Source: Haplodiscus bocki (taxonomy: Eukaryota). Taken from it: a stretch of DNA of 64,000 bases. A model generated the notes under the pieces. It did not search any database. It saw only the letters and a list, made by a program, of their open reading frames with translations, and was not told the DNA's origin. The stretch is taken from contig OZ296648.1 of NCBI GenBank assembly GCA_965655095.1, forward strand, positions 78,244,001 to 78,308,000, read 5' to 3'. How positions within the stretch are numbered: the stretch's first letter is position 1; the number at the start of each line of letters is the position of its first letter. Positions 1 through 13,700 of this stretch are shown one piece after another. A program made the translations under genes and the position numbers.

Positions 1-577
1 GTGTGTGTTCCGGACAGCTCTTTTGTACGGTACTTTTTCGACAAAATTTTCCAGAGGCAAAGAACAATATACTAAAAAACTGACGGACAAAACAAGCAAG
101 AGCCCAGAGAAAAAACTATCACTGTCGCTAGATATTCGTACATTACCGCTGCGTTTGTTTAAAAACTCAAACAGAAAATGTGAGCAAGGGGATTCCTCCA
201 CTGAACCATAGTTTAAAGTACCAGTATCAGAATCAAAACTCTTTCTTGAACTTTCGACCTGCTCCTCTTTGGCATCAATCAAAATGTTCCGTGGCCTAAG
301 TTGGAATCGTCAATCGTATTTTTCTCAGTATCCGCTGAATCCTGCAACTCACTTTCTGATTAGATACATTGATTAAATCCAGAGTCTGGCGGTGAAGAAC
401 TTTCAACTGATTTTTAAGTCAAAGGGTTAAATTCATCAAATCCGATGAAATCTACCGCTACACAAAAATGCGTTAAAGAAGGCATTCTTGAGGGCGGTGA
501 GACATTAAAGTATTCGATGGTTCTTGACCAACGCGCGGACAAAATGATGGAATTGTTCGTCAAAGCTTCAACTTCCA

Positions 578-1063
578 GTCCGCTATCAAGCACTTGTTTT
601 GGCAGCTAATGAAGTTGGGTTCTACGTCACTGCCGAAGTTATAAAGCCGCCGTTCAAATTGGCGTAGGATGGAGCGAAGCCAAAGGCACTAGCCCATATC
701 CAGAAACTTTTGTTGGGGTCAGCCCGACATCGAAACTCGGAGACAGTTTGCAAAACTGTCAAAATAAAGCACGCGAGTACAAATGTTAATCTGAATCCTG
801 CACCCACGGGATATGATGTACATGCCAACACCTTTGCCAGAAAAGTGCTCCTACTCACTGGTATCAAAGTCGTTGACATCAGAATATCTGGGAGAGAAGG
901 TGACCATATCAACATGGCCCATCCAAAAAAATAAAGCATTGCGTTAGCTCACACTCCAGGTAGAGCTCTTGATTTATTTTATTTGGATGTTTCGTTTTTG
1001 GAAGAACTGTACCGAACTTTTTTTTCTTTTGACGTTTTTCATCTTTCAAAACTCTTTAGATGA
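578..1063 (+). pseudogene. Divergent ribosomal protein uS5 (RPS2/S5-like) pseudogene, copy 1; representative of 37 copies
   Basis: The + frame reads VRYQALVLAANEVGFYVTAEVIKPPFKLA*DGAKPKALAHIQKLLLG...TVCKTVKIKHASTNVNLNPAPTGYDVHANTFARKVLLLTGIKVVDIRISGREGDHINMAHPKK*SIA. It is colinear with the uS5 N- and C-terminal domains by hand alignment. In-frame TAG at ~665 and TAA at ~932. Confidence 0.75.
622..939 (-). other. Recurrent 105-codon ATG-initiated antisense ORF overlapping the uS5-like frame (representative copy); probably a shadow ORF
   Basis: It is exactly 105 aa in 22 of 37 units in the ORF track. It is hydrophobic with no recognised homology, and shares third codon positions with the uS5-like frame. 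Confidence 0.25.
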
Positions 1064-1249
1064 GCACGAAAGTCATCCTCAAACTTGTATCCAGAACCGC
1101 AGACTCTCAGACTAGTTCATCCTACGGTCTCTTAAACCGGCTCTGAATAACTCAGTGATATGATTAACTGGAATGTTTTTAATTAGTTTGATACAACTTC
1201 CAAACCAAAAGACTTTTAGAAAAATTTTACACAGTTAATGTTGAGGAGC

Positions 1250-1735
1250 CTTTCGATACGGTCCTTTTCGATAGCGACTTTTTAACGGTGTTTCGGGCAG
1301 CACGTTTGTACGGTACTCTTTCGATGCAGAATTCGACACGGTGTTTTTTGGAAGCAATTTTTTAACGGTGTTTCGGGCAGCACGTTTGTACGGTACAATT
1401 TCGACGCAGAATTCGATACGGTGTTTTTTGTAAGCAATTTTTTAACAGTGTTTTGAGCAGCACTTTTGTACGACAACTTTTTGTCGAGCAACTCGATACG
1501 GTCTTTCTTCAGTGGCGATTTATTAACGGTGATACGGGCAGCACTTTTGTATGACACTTTTCTGACGACATTTTTGATACAGTTTGTTTTCGAAAATGGT
1601 TTTTTAACGGTGTCTAAGGAAGCACTTTCATGCTGTACCTCTTTGACAGGCATTTTGATACGGTCCTTTTTTGATAGCGATTTTCTGTGTGTGTTCCGGA
1701 CAGCTCTTTTGTACGGTACTTTTTCGACAAAATTT
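1250..1735. repeat. Internal minisatellite block of the unit (representative copy): about six degenerate 80/81-bp monomers plus a partial one
   Basis: tttaac(g/a)gtgttt..gcagcac.tttgtacg begins at 1281, 1361 and 1441 (exact 80-bp steps), with more diverged monomers at ~1522, ~1603 and ~1684. The block is present in every unit and produces the repeated KxxYKxAAxxTVxK peptides in the - strand ORFs. Confidence 0.93.
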
Positions 1736-4700
1736 TCCAGAGGCAAAGAACAATATACTAAAAAACTGACGGACAAAACAAGCAAGAGCCCAGAGAAAAA
1801 ACTATCACTGTCGCTAGATATTCGTACATTACCGCTGCGTTTGTTTAAAAACTCAAACAGAAAATGTGAGCAAGGGGATTCCTCCACTGAACCATAGTTT
1901 AAAGTACCAGTATCAGAATCAAAACTCTTTCTTGAACTTTCGACCTGCTCCTCTTTGGCATCAATCAAAATGTTCCGTGGCCTAAGTTGGAATCGTCAAT
2001 CGTATTTTTCTCAGTATCCGCTGAATCCTGCAACTCACTTTCTGATTAGATACATTGATTAAATCCAGAGTCTGGCGGTGAAGAACTTTCAACTGATTTT
2101 TAAGTCAAAGGGTTAAATTCATCAAATCCGATGAAATCTACCGCTACACAAAAATGCGTTAAAGAAGGCATTCTTGAGGGCGGTGAGACATTAAAGTATT
2201 CGATGGTTCTTGACCAACGCGCGGACAAAATGATGGAATTGTTCGTCAAAGCTTCAACTTCCAGTCCGCTATCAAGCACTTGTTTTGGCAGCTGATGAAG
2301 TTGGTTTCTGCGTCACTGCCGAAGTTATAAAGCCGCCGTTCAAATTGGCGTAGGATGCAGCGAAGTCAAAGCCACTAGCCCATATCCAGAAACTTTTGTT
2401 GGGGTCAGCCCTACATCGAAACTTGGAGACAGTTTGAAAAACTGTCAAAAAAAAGCACGCGAGTACAAATGTTAATCTGAATCCTGCACCCACGGGATAT
2501 GATGTACATGCCAACACCTTTGCCAGAAAAGTGCTCCTACTCACTGGTATCAAAGTCGTTGACATCAGAATATCTGGGAGAGAAGGTGACCATATCAACA
2601 TGGCCCATCCAAAAAAATAAAGCATTGCGTTAGCTCACACTCCAGGTAGAGCTCTTGATTTATTTTATTTGGATGTTTCGTTTTTGGAAGAACTGTACCG
2701 AACTTTTTTTTCTTTTGACGTTTTTCATCTTTCAAAACTCTTTAGATGAGCACGAAAGTCATCCTCAAACTTGTATCCAGAACCGCAGACTCTCAGACTA
2801 GTTCATCCTACGGTCTCTTAAACCGGCTCTGAATAACTCAGTGATATGATTAACTGGAATGTTTTTAATTAGTTTGATACAACTTCCAAACCAAAAGACT
2901 TTTAGAAAAATTTTACACAGTTAATGTTGAGGAGCCTTTCGATACTGTCCTTTTCGATAGCGACATTTTAACTTTGTTTCGGGCAGCACGTTTGTACGGT
3001 ACATTTTCGACGCAGAATTCGATACGGTGTTTTTTGTAAGCAATTTTTTTAAAGTGTTTTGAGCAGCACTTTTGTAAGAAAACTTTTTGTCGAGCAACTC
3101 GATACGGTCTTTCTTCAGTGGCGATTTATTAACGGTGATACGGGCAGCACTTTTGTATGACACTTTTCTGACGACATTTTTGATACAGTTTGTTTTCGAA
3201 AATGGTTTTTTAACGGTGTTTAAGGAAGCACTTTCATGCTGTACCTCTTTGACAGGCATTTTGATACGGTCCTTTTTTGATAGCGATTTTCTGTGTGTGT
3301 TCCGGACAGCTCTTTTGTACGGGACTTTTTCGACAAAGTTTTCTAGAGGCAAAGAACAATATACTAAAAAACTGACGGAGAAAACAAGCAAGAGCCCAGA
3401 AAAAAAATAATCACTGTCGCTAGATATTCGTACATTACCGCTGCGTTTGTTTAAAAACTCAAACAGAAAACGTGAGCAAGGGGATTCCTCCGCTGAACCA
3501 TAGTTTAAAGTACCAGTATCAGAATCAAAACTCTTTCCTGAACTTTCGACCTGCTCCTCTTTGGCATCAATCAAAATGTTCCGTGGCCTAAGTTGGAATC
3601 GTCAATCGTATTTTTCTCAATATCCGCTCAATCCTGCAACTCACTTTCTGATTAGATACATTGATTAAATCCAGAGTCTGGCGGTGAAGAACTTTCAACT
3701 GATTTTCAAGTCAAAGGGTTAAATTCATCAAATCCGATGAAATCTACCGCTACACAAAAATGCGTTAAAGAAGGCATTCTTGAGGGCGGTGAGACATTAA
3801 AGTATTCGATGGTTCTTGACCAACGCGCGGACAAAATGATGGAATTGTTCGTCAAAGCTTCAACTTCCATTCCGCTATCAAGCACTTGTTTTGGCAGCTG
3901 ATGAAGTTGGGTTCTACGTCACTGCCGAAGTTATAAAGCCGCCGTTCAAATTGGCGTAGGATGCAGCGAAGTCAAAGCCACTAGCCCATATCCAGAAACT
4001 TTTGTTGGGGTCAGCCCTACATCGAAACTTGGAGACAGTTTGCAAAACTGTCAAAAAAAAGCACGCGAGTACAAATGTTAATCTGAATCCTGCACCCACG
4101 GGATATGATGTACATGCCAACACCTTTGCCAGAAAAGTGCTCCTACTCACTGGTATCAAAGACTTTGACATCAAAATATCTGAGAGAGAAGGTGACCATA
4201 TCAACATGGCCCATCCAAAAAAAAACATTGCGTTAGCTCACACTCCAGGTAGAGCTCTTGATTTATTTTATTTGTATGTTTCGTTTTTGGAAGAACTGTA
4301 CCGAACTTTTTTTTCTTTTGACGTTTTTCATCTTTCAGAACTCTTTAGATGAGCACGAAAGTCATCCTCAAATTTGTATCCAGAACCGCAGACTCTCGGA
4401 CTAGTTCATCCTACGGTCTCTTAAACCGGCTCTGAATAACTCAGTGATATGATTAACTGGAATGTTTTTAATTAGTTTGATACAACTTCCAAACCTAAAG
4501 ACTTTTAGAAAAGTTTTACACAGTTAATGTTAAGGAGCCTTTCGATACGGTCCTTTTCGATAGCGACTTTTTAACGGTGTTTCGGGCAGCACGTTTGTAC
4601 GGTACTCTTTCGATGCAGAATTCGGCACGGTGTTTTTTGGAAGCAATTTTTTAACGGTGTTTCGGGCAGCACGTTTGTACGGTACATTTTCGACGCAGAA

Positions 4701-7700
4701 TTCGATACGGTGTTTTTTTTAAGCAATTTTTTAACAGTGTTTTGAGCAGCACTTTTGTACGACAACTTTTTGTCGAGCAACTCGATACGGTCTTTCTTCA
4801 GTGGCGATTTATTTACGGTGATACGGGCAGCACTTTTGTATGACACTTTTCTGACGACATTTTTGATACAGTTTGTTTTCGAAAATGGTTTTTTAACGGT
4901 GTTTAAGGAAGCACTTTCATGCTGTACCTCTTTGACAGGCATTTTGATACGGTCGTTTTTTGATAGCGATTTTCTGTGTGTGTTCCGGGCAGCTCTTTTG
5001 TACGGTACTTTTTCGACAAAATTTTCCAGACGCAAAGAACAATATACTAAAAAACTGGCGGAGAAAACAAGCAAGAGCCCAGAGAAAAAATAATCACTCT
5101 CGTCAGATATTCGTACATTACCGCTGCGTTTGTTTAAAAGCTGAAACAGAAAATGTGAGCAAAGGGATTCCTCCGCTGAACCATAGTTTAACGTACCAGT
5201 ATCAGAATCAAAACTCTTTCATGAACTTTCGACCTGCTCCTGTTCGGCATCAATCAAAATGTTCCGTGGCATAAATTGGAATCGTCAATCCTGTTTTCCT
5301 CAAAATCCTTTAAATTATCCAAATCACTTTCTGATTAAATACGTTGAAGAAATCCAGAGTCTGGCTGTGAACAATTTTCAACTGAATTCAGAGACAAGGG
5401 GTTATATTCATCAAATCCGATGAAATCTACCGCTACACAAAAATGCGTTAAAGAAGGCATTCTTGAGGGTGGTGAGACATTAAAGTATTCGATGGTTCTT
5501 GACCAACGCGCGGACAAAATGATGGAATTGTTCGTCAAAGCTTCAACTTCCAGTCCGCTATCAAGCACTTGTTTTGGCAGCTGATGAAGTTGGGTTCTAC
5601 GTCACTGCCGAAGTTATAAAGCCGCCGTTCAAATTGGCGTAGGATGCAGCGAAGTCAAAGGCACTAGCCCATATCCAGAAACTTTTGTTGGGGTCAGCCC
5701 TACATCGAAACTTGCAGACAGTTTGCAAAACTGTCAAAAAAAAGCACGCGAGTACAAATGTTAATCTGAATCCTGCACCCACGGGATATGATGTACATGC
5801 CAACACCTTTGCCAGAAAAGTGCTCCTACTCACTGGTATCAAAGACTTTGACATCAAAATATCTGAGAGAGAAGGTGACCATATCAACATGGCCCATCCA
5901 AAAAAATAAAGCATTGCGTTAGCTCACACTCCAGGTAGAGCTCTTGATATATTTTATTTGGATGTTTCGTTTTTGGAAGAACTGTACCGAACTTTTTTTT
6001 CTTTTGACGTTTTTCATCTTTCAGAACTCTTTAGATGAGCACAAAAGTCATCCTCAAACTTGTATCCAGAACCTCAGACTCTCAGACTAGTTCATCCTAC
6101 GGTCTCTTAAACCGGCTCTGAAAAACTCAGTGATATGATTAACTGGAATGTTTTTAATTAGTTTGATACAACTTCCAAACCAAAAGACTTTTAGAAAATT
6201 TTTACACAGTTAATGTTGAGGAGCCTTTCGATACGGTCCTTTTCGATGGCGACTTTTTAACGGTATTTCGGGCAGCACGTTTGTACGGTACATTTTCGAC
6301 GCAGAATTCGATACGGTGTTTTTTGTAAGCAATTTTTTTAAAGTGTTTTGAGCAGCACTTTTGTAAGAAAACTTTTTGTCGAGCAACTCGATACGGTCTT
6401 TCTTCAGTGGCGATTTATTAACGGTGATACGGGCAGCACTTTTGTATGACACTTTTCTGACGACATTTTTGATACAGTTTGTTTTCGAAAATGGTTTTTT
6501 AACGGTGTTTAAGGAAGCACTTTCATGCTGTACCTCTTTGACAGGCATTTTGATACGGTCCTTTTTTGATAGCGATTTTCTGTGTGTGTTCCGGACAGCT
6601 CTTTTGTACGGGACTTTTTCGACAAAGTTTTCTAGAGGCAAAGAACAATATACTAAAAAACTGACGGAGAAAACAAGCCAGAGCCCAGAGAAAAATTATT
6701 CACTGTCGCTAGATATTCGTACATTACCGCTGCGTTTGATTAAAAGCTCAAACAGAAAATGTGAGCAAGGGGATTCCTCCGCTGAACCATAGTTTAAAGT
6801 ACCAGTATCAGAATCAAAACTCTTTCTTGAACTTTCGACCTGCTCCTCTTTGGCATCAATCAAAATGTTCCGTGGCCTAAGTTGGAATCGTCAATCGTAT
6901 TTTTCTCAATATCCGCTGGATCCTGCAACTCACTTTCTGATTAGATACATTGATTAAATCCAGAGTCTGGCGGTGAAGAACTTTCAACTGATTTTTAAGT
7001 CAAAGCGTTAAATTCATCAAATCCGATGAAATCTACCGCTACACAAAAATGCGTTAAAGAAGGCATTCTTGAGGGTGTTGAGACATTAAAATATTCGATG
7101 GTTCTTGACCAACGCGCGGACAAAATGATGGAATTGTTCGTCAAAGCTTCAACTTCCAGTCCGCTATCAAGCACTTGTTTTGGCAGCTGATGAAGTTGGG
7201 TTCTACGTCACTGCCGAAGTTATAAAGCCGCCGTTCAAATTGGCGTAGGATGCAGCGAAGTCAAAGCCACTAGCCCATATCCAGAAACTTTTGTTGGGGT
7301 CAGCCCTACATCGAAACTTGGAGACAGTTTGCAAAACTGTCAAAAAAAAGCACGCGAGTACAAATGTTAATCTGAATCCTGCACCCACGGGATATGATGT
7401 ACATGCCAACACCTTTGCCAGAAAAGTGCTCCTACTCACTGGTATCAAAGAATTTGACATCAAAATATCTGAGAGAGAAGGTGACCATATCAACATGGCC
7501 CATCCAAAAAAATAAAGCATTGCGTTAGCTCACACTCCAGGTAGAGCTCTTGATTTATTTTATTTGGATGTTTCGTTTTTGGAAGAACTGTACCGAACTT
7601 TTTTTTCTTTTGACGTTTTTCATCTTTCAAAACTCTTTAGATGAGCACGAAAGTCATCCTCAAACTTGTATCCAGAACCGCAGACTCTCAGACTAGTTCA

Positions 7701-10700
7701 TCCTACGGTCTCTTAAACCGGCTCTGAATAACTCAGTGATATGATTAACTGGAATGTTCTTAATTAGTTTGATACAACTTCCAAACCAAAAGACTTTTAG
7801 AAAAATTTTACACAGTTAATGTTGAGGAGCCTTTCGATACGGTCCTTTTCGATAGCGACTTTTTAACGGTGTTTCGGGCAGCACGTTTGTACGGTACTCT
7901 TTCGATGCAGAATTCGACACGGTGTTTTTTGGAAGCAATTTTTTAACGGTGTTTCGGGCAGCACGTTTGTACTGTACATTTTCGACGCAGAATTCGATAC
8001 GGTGTTTTTTGTAAGCACTTTTTTAACAGTGTTTTGAGCAGCACTTTTGTACGACAACTTTTTGTCGAGCAACTCGATACGGTCTTTCTTCAGTGGCGAT
8101 TTATTAACGGTGATACGGGCAGCACTTTTGTATGACACTTTTCTGACGACATTTTTGATACAGTTTGTTTTCGAAAATGGTTTTTTAACGGTGTTTAAGG
8201 AAGCACTTTCATGCTGTACGTCTTTGACAGGCATTTTGATACGGTCCTTTTTTGATAGCGATTTTCTGTGTGTGTTCCGGACAGCTCTTTTGTACGGTAC
8301 TTTTTCGACAAAATTTTCCAGAGGCAAAGAACAATATACTAAAAAACTGACGGAGAAAACAAGCAAGAGCCCAGAGAAAAAATAATCACTGTCGCTAGAT
8401 ATTCGTACATTACCGCTGCGTTTGTTTAAAAACTCAAACAGAAAATGTGAGCAAGGGGATTCCTCCACTGAACCATAGTTTAAATACCAGTATCAGAATC
8501 AAAACTCTTTCTTGAACTTTCGACCTGCTCCTCTTTGGCATCAATCAAAATGTTCCGTGGCCTAAGTTGGAATCGTCAATCGTATTTTTCTCAATATCCG
8601 CTGAATCCTGCAACTCACTTTCTGATTAGATACATTGATTAAATCCAGAGTCTGGCGGTGAAGAACTTTCAACTGATTTTTAAGTCAAAGGGTTAAATTC
8701 ATCAAATCCGATGAAATCTACCGCTACACAAAAATGCGTTAAAGAAGGCATTCTTGAGGGTGGTGAGACATTAAAGTATTTGATGGTTCTTGACCAACGC
8801 GCGGACAAAATGATGGAATTGTTCGTCAAAGCTTCAACTTCCAGTCCGCTATCAAGCACTTGTTTTGGCAGCTGATGAAGTTGGGTTCTACGTCACTGCC
8901 GAAGTTATAAAGCCGCCGTTCAAATTGGCGTAGGATGCAGCGAAGTCAAAGGCACTAGCCCATATCCAGAAACTTTTGTTGGGGTCAGCCCTACATCGAA
9001 ACTTGCAGACAGTTTGCAAAACTGTCAAAAAAAAGCACGCGAGTACAAATGTTAATCTGAATCCTGCACCCACGGGATATGATGTACATGCCAACACCTT
9101 TGCCAGAAAAGTGCTCCTACTCACTGGTATCAAAGACTTTGACATCAAAATATCTGAGAGAGAAGGTGACCATATCAACATGGCCCATCCAAAAAAATAA
9201 AGCATTGCGTTAGCTCACACTCCAGGTAGAGCTCTTGATTTATTTTATTTGGATGTTTCGTTTTTGGAAGAACTGTACCGAACTTTTTTTTCTTTTGACG
9301 TCTTTCATCTTTCAGAACTCTTTAGATGAGCACAAAAGTCATCCTCAAACTTGTATCCAGAACCTCAGACTCTCAGACTAGTTCATCCTACGGTCTCTTA
9401 AACCGGCTCTGAATAACTCAGTGATATGATTAACTGGAATGTTTTTAATTAGTTTGATACAACTTCCAAACCAAAAGACTTTTCGAAAAATTTTACACAG
9501 TTTATGTTGAGGAGCCTTTCGATACGGTCCTTTTCGATAGCGACATTTTAACGGTGTTTCGGGCAGCACGTTTGTACGGTACATTTTCGACGCAGAATTC
9601 GATACGGTGTTTTTTGTAAGCAATTTTTTAACAGTGTTTTGAGCAGCACTTTTGTACGAAAACTTTTGTCGAGCAACTCGATACGGTCTTTCCTCAGTGG
9701 CGATTTATTAACGGTGATACGGGCAGCACTTTTGTATGACACTTTTCTGACGACATTTTTGATACAGTTTGTTTTCGAAAATGGTTTTTTAACGGTGTTT
9801 AAGGAAGCACTTTCATGCTGTACCTCTTTGACAGGCATTTTGATACGGTCCTTTTTTGATAGCGATTTTCTGTGTGTGTTCCGGACAGCTCTTTTGTACG
9901 GTACTTTTTCGACAAAGTTTTCTAGAGGCAAAGAACAATATACTAAAAAACTGACGGAGAAAACAAGCAAGAGCCCAAAGAAAAAATAATCACTGTCGCT
10001 AGATATTCGTACATTACCGCTGCGTTTGTTTAAAAACTCAAACAGAAAATGTGAGCAAGGGGATTCCTCCGCTGAACCATAGTTTAAAGTATCAGTAGCA
10101 GAATCAAAACTCTTTCCTGAACTTTCGACCTGCTCCTCTTAGGCATCAATCAAAATGTTCCGTGGCCTAAGTTGGAATCGTCAATCGTATTTTTCTCAAT
10201 ATACGCTGAATCGTGCAACTCACTTTCTGATTAGTTACATTGACTAAATCCAGAGTCTGTCGGTGAAGAACTTTCAACTGATTTTTAAGTCAAAGGGTTA
10301 AATTCATCAAACACGATGAAATCTACCGCTACACAAAAATGCGTTAAAGAAGGCATTCTTGAGGGTGGTGAGACATTAAAGTATTCGATGGTTCTTGACC
10401 AACGCGCGGACAAAATGATGGAATTGTTCGTCAAAGCTTCAACTTCCAGTCCGCTATCAAGCACTTGTTTTGGCAGCTGATGAAGTTGGGTTCTACGTCA
10501 CTGCCGAAGTTATAAAGCCGCCGTTCAAATTGGCGTAGGATGCAGCGAAGTCAAAGGCACTAGCCCATATCCAGAAACTTTTGTTGGGGTCAGCCCTACA
10601 TCGAAACTTGCAGACAGTTTGCAAAACTGTCAAAAAAAAGCACGCGAGTACAAATGTTAATCTGAATCCTGCACCCACGGGATATGATGTACATGCCAAC

Positions 10701-13700
10701 ACCTTTGCCAGAAAAGTGCTCCTACTCACTGGTATCAAAGACTTTGACATCAGAATATCTGGGAGAGAAGGTGAACATATCAAAATGGCCCATCCAAAAG
10801 AATAAAGCATTGCGTTAGCTCAACTTCCAAGAAAAGCTCTTGATTTTTCTTATTTGAATGTTTCGTTTATGGAGGAAATGTACCGAATTTTTCTTTCTTT
10901 CGATGTTTTTCATCTTTCAAAACTCTTCAGATGATCACAAAAATCATCCTCAAACGTGTATCCAGAACCACAGACTCTCAGACTAGTTCATGTTACGGTC
11001 TCTTAAACCGGCTCCGAATAACTCAGTGATATGATTAACTGGAATGTTTTTAATTAGTTTGATACAACTTCCAAACCAAAAGACTTTTAGAAAAATTTTA
11101 CACAGTTATTGTTGAGGAGCCTTTCGATACGGTCTTTTTCCATAGCGACATTTTAACGGTGTTGCGGGCAGCACGTTTGTACGGTACTCTTTCGATGCAG
11201 AATTCGACACGGTGTTTTTTGGAAGCAATTGTTTAACGGTGTTTCGGGCAGCACGTTTGTACGGTACACTTTCAACGCAGAATTCGATACGGTGTTTTTT
11301 GTAAGCAATGTTTTAACAGTGTTTTGAGCAGCACTTTTGTACGAAAACTTTTCGTCGAGCAACTCGATACGGTCTTTCCTCAGTGGCGATTTATTGACGG
11401 TGATATGCGCAGCACTTTTGTTTGACACTTTTCTCACGACATTTTCGATACGGTTTGTTTTCGAAAATGGTTTTTTAACGGTGTTTAAGGAAGCACTTTC
11501 ATGCTGTACGTCTTTGACAGGCATTTTGATACGGTCCTTTTTTGATAGCGATTTTCTGTGTGTGTTCCGGACAGCTCTTTTGTACGGTACTTTTTCGACA
11601 AAATTTTCCAGAGGCAAAGAACAATATACTGCAAAACTGACGGAGAAAACAAGCAAGAGCCCAGAGAAAAAATAATCACTGTCGCTAGATATTCGTACAT
11701 TACCGCTGCGTTTAATTAAAAACTCAAACAGAAAATGTGAGCAAGGGGATTCCTCCACTGAACCATAGTTTAAAGTACCAGTATCAGAATCAAAACTCTT
11801 TCTTGAACTTTCGACCTGCTCCTCTTTGGCATCAATCAAAAAGTTCCGTGGCCTAAGTTGGAATCGTCAATCGTATTTTTCTCAATATCCGCTGAATCCT
11901 GCAACTCACTTTCTGATTAGATACATTGATTAAATCCAGAGTCTGGCGGTGAAGAACTTTCAACTGATTTTTAAGTCAAACGGTTAAATTCATCAAATCC
12001 GATGAAATCTACCGCTACACAAAAATGCGTTAAAGAAGGCATTCTTGAGGGTGGTGAGACATTAAAGTATTCAATGGTTCTTGACCAACGCGCGGACAAA
12101 ATGATGGAACTGTTCGTCAAAGCTTCAACTTCCAGTCCGCTATCAAGCACTTGTTTTGGCAGCTGATGAAGTTGGGTTCTACGTCACTGCCGAAGTTATA
12201 AAGCCGCCGTTCAAATTGGCGTAGGATGAAGCGAAGTCAAAGGCACTAGCCCATATCCAGAAACTTTTGTTGGTGTCAGCCCTACATCGAAACTTGGAGA
12301 CAGTTTGCAAAACTGTCAAAAAAAAGCACGCGAGTACAAATGTTAATCTGAATCCTGCACCCACGGGATATGATGTACTTGCCAACACCTTTGCCAGAAA
12401 AGTGCTCCTACTCACTGGTATCAAAGACTTTGACATCAAAATATCTGAGAGAGAAGGTGACCATATCAACATGGCCCATCCAAAAAAATAAAGCATTGCG
12501 TTAGCTCACAATCCAGGTAGAGCTCTTGATTTATTTTATTTGGATGTTTCGTTTTTGGAAGAACTGTACCGAACTTTTTTTTATTTTGACGTTTTTCATC
12601 TTTCAGAACTCTTTAGATGAGAACGAAAGTCATCCTCAAACTTGTATCCAGAACCGCAGACTCTCGGACTAGTTCATCCTACGGTCTCTTAAACCGGCTC
12701 TGAATAACTCAGTGATATGATTAACTGGAATGTTTTTAATTAGTTTGATACAACTTCCAAACCTAAAGACTTTTAGAAAAGTTTTACACAGTTATTGTTG
12801 AGGAGCCTTTCGATACGGTCTTTTTCCATAGCGACATTTTAACGGTGTTGCGGGCAGCACGTTTGTACGGTACTCTTTCGATGCAGAATTCGACACGGTG
12901 TTTTTTGGAAGCAATTGTTTAACGGTGTTTCGGGCAGCACGTTTGTACGGTACACTTTCAACGCAGAATTCGATACGGTGTTTTTTGTAAGCAATGTTTT
13001 AACAGTGTTTTGAGCAGCACTTTTGTACGAAAACTTTTCGTCGAGCAACTCGATACGGTCTTTCCTCAGTGGCGATTTATTGACGGTGATATGCGCAGCA
13101 CTTTTGTTTGACACTTTTCTCACGACATTTTCGATACGGTTTGTTTTCGAAAATGGTTTTTTAACGGTGTTTAAGGAAGCACTTTCATGCTGTACGTCTT
13201 TGACAGGCATTTTGATACGGTCCTTTTTTGATAGCGATTTTCTGTGTGTGTTCCGGACAGCTCTTTTGTACGGTACTTTTTCGACAAAATTTTCCAGAGG
13301 CAAAGAACAATATACTGCAAAACTGACGGAGAAAACAAGCAAGAGCCCAGAGAAAAAATAATCACTGTCGCTAGATATTCGTACATTACCGCTGCGTTTA
13401 ATTAAAAACTTAAACAGAAAATGTGAGCAAGGGGATTCCTCCACTGAACCATAGTTTAAAGTACCAGTATCAGAATCAAAACTCTTTCTTGAACTTTCGA
13501 CCTGCTCCTCTTTGGCATCAATCAAAAAGTTCCGTGGCCTAAGTTGGAATCGTCAATCGTATTTTTCTCAATATCCGCTGAATCCTGCAACTCACTTTCT
13601 GATTAGATACATTGATTAAATCCAGAGTCTGGCGGTGAAGAACTTTCAACTGATTTTTAAGTCAAACGGTTAAATTCATCAAATCCGATGAAATCTACCG

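Noticed and set aside
205-245. SFDSDTGTLNY on the - strand of each unit resembles the polymerase motif SDTDSLVY
   Set aside because: The match is very short, the catalytic second Asp is absent, and no flanking polymerase motifs are present. Treated as coincidence.
497-578. Possible 82-nt intron (G|GTGAGA ... ttccAG|TC) that would join the upstream frame to VRYQ
   Set aside because: Splicing would remove ~27 codons that the uS5 alignment needs, and the donor and acceptor are not conserved across units. A frameshift explains the data better; RNA-seq would settle it.
578-1063. Assigning the gene symbol RPS2/rpsE
   Set aside because: The similarity is remote and hand-aligned from memory, key glycines are lost, and orthology cannot be established without a search.
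1095-1235. Well-conserved segment after the uS5-like stop beginning cctacggtc, considered as a 5S rRNA, snRNA or spliced-leader gene
   Set aside because: Beyond a few bases I see no 5S internal boxes, U snRNA signature, Sm-site context or tRNA cloverleaf. An Infernal/Rfam scan would be needed to exclude it formally.
1281-1735. CRISPR-like appearance of short repeats at regular spacing
   Set aside because: The intervening sequences are themselves degenerate repeats and recur in every unit. There are no unique spacers and no cas genes, and the context is eukaryote-like.
1282-1968. Long Lys-rich - strand ORFs (up to 249 aa) and their Phe-rich + strand counterparts over the minisatellite
   Set aside because: They are translations of an A/T-skewed 80/81-bp repeat. 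Length, start and frame change from unit to unit with homopolymer indels, and no domain is recognisable.
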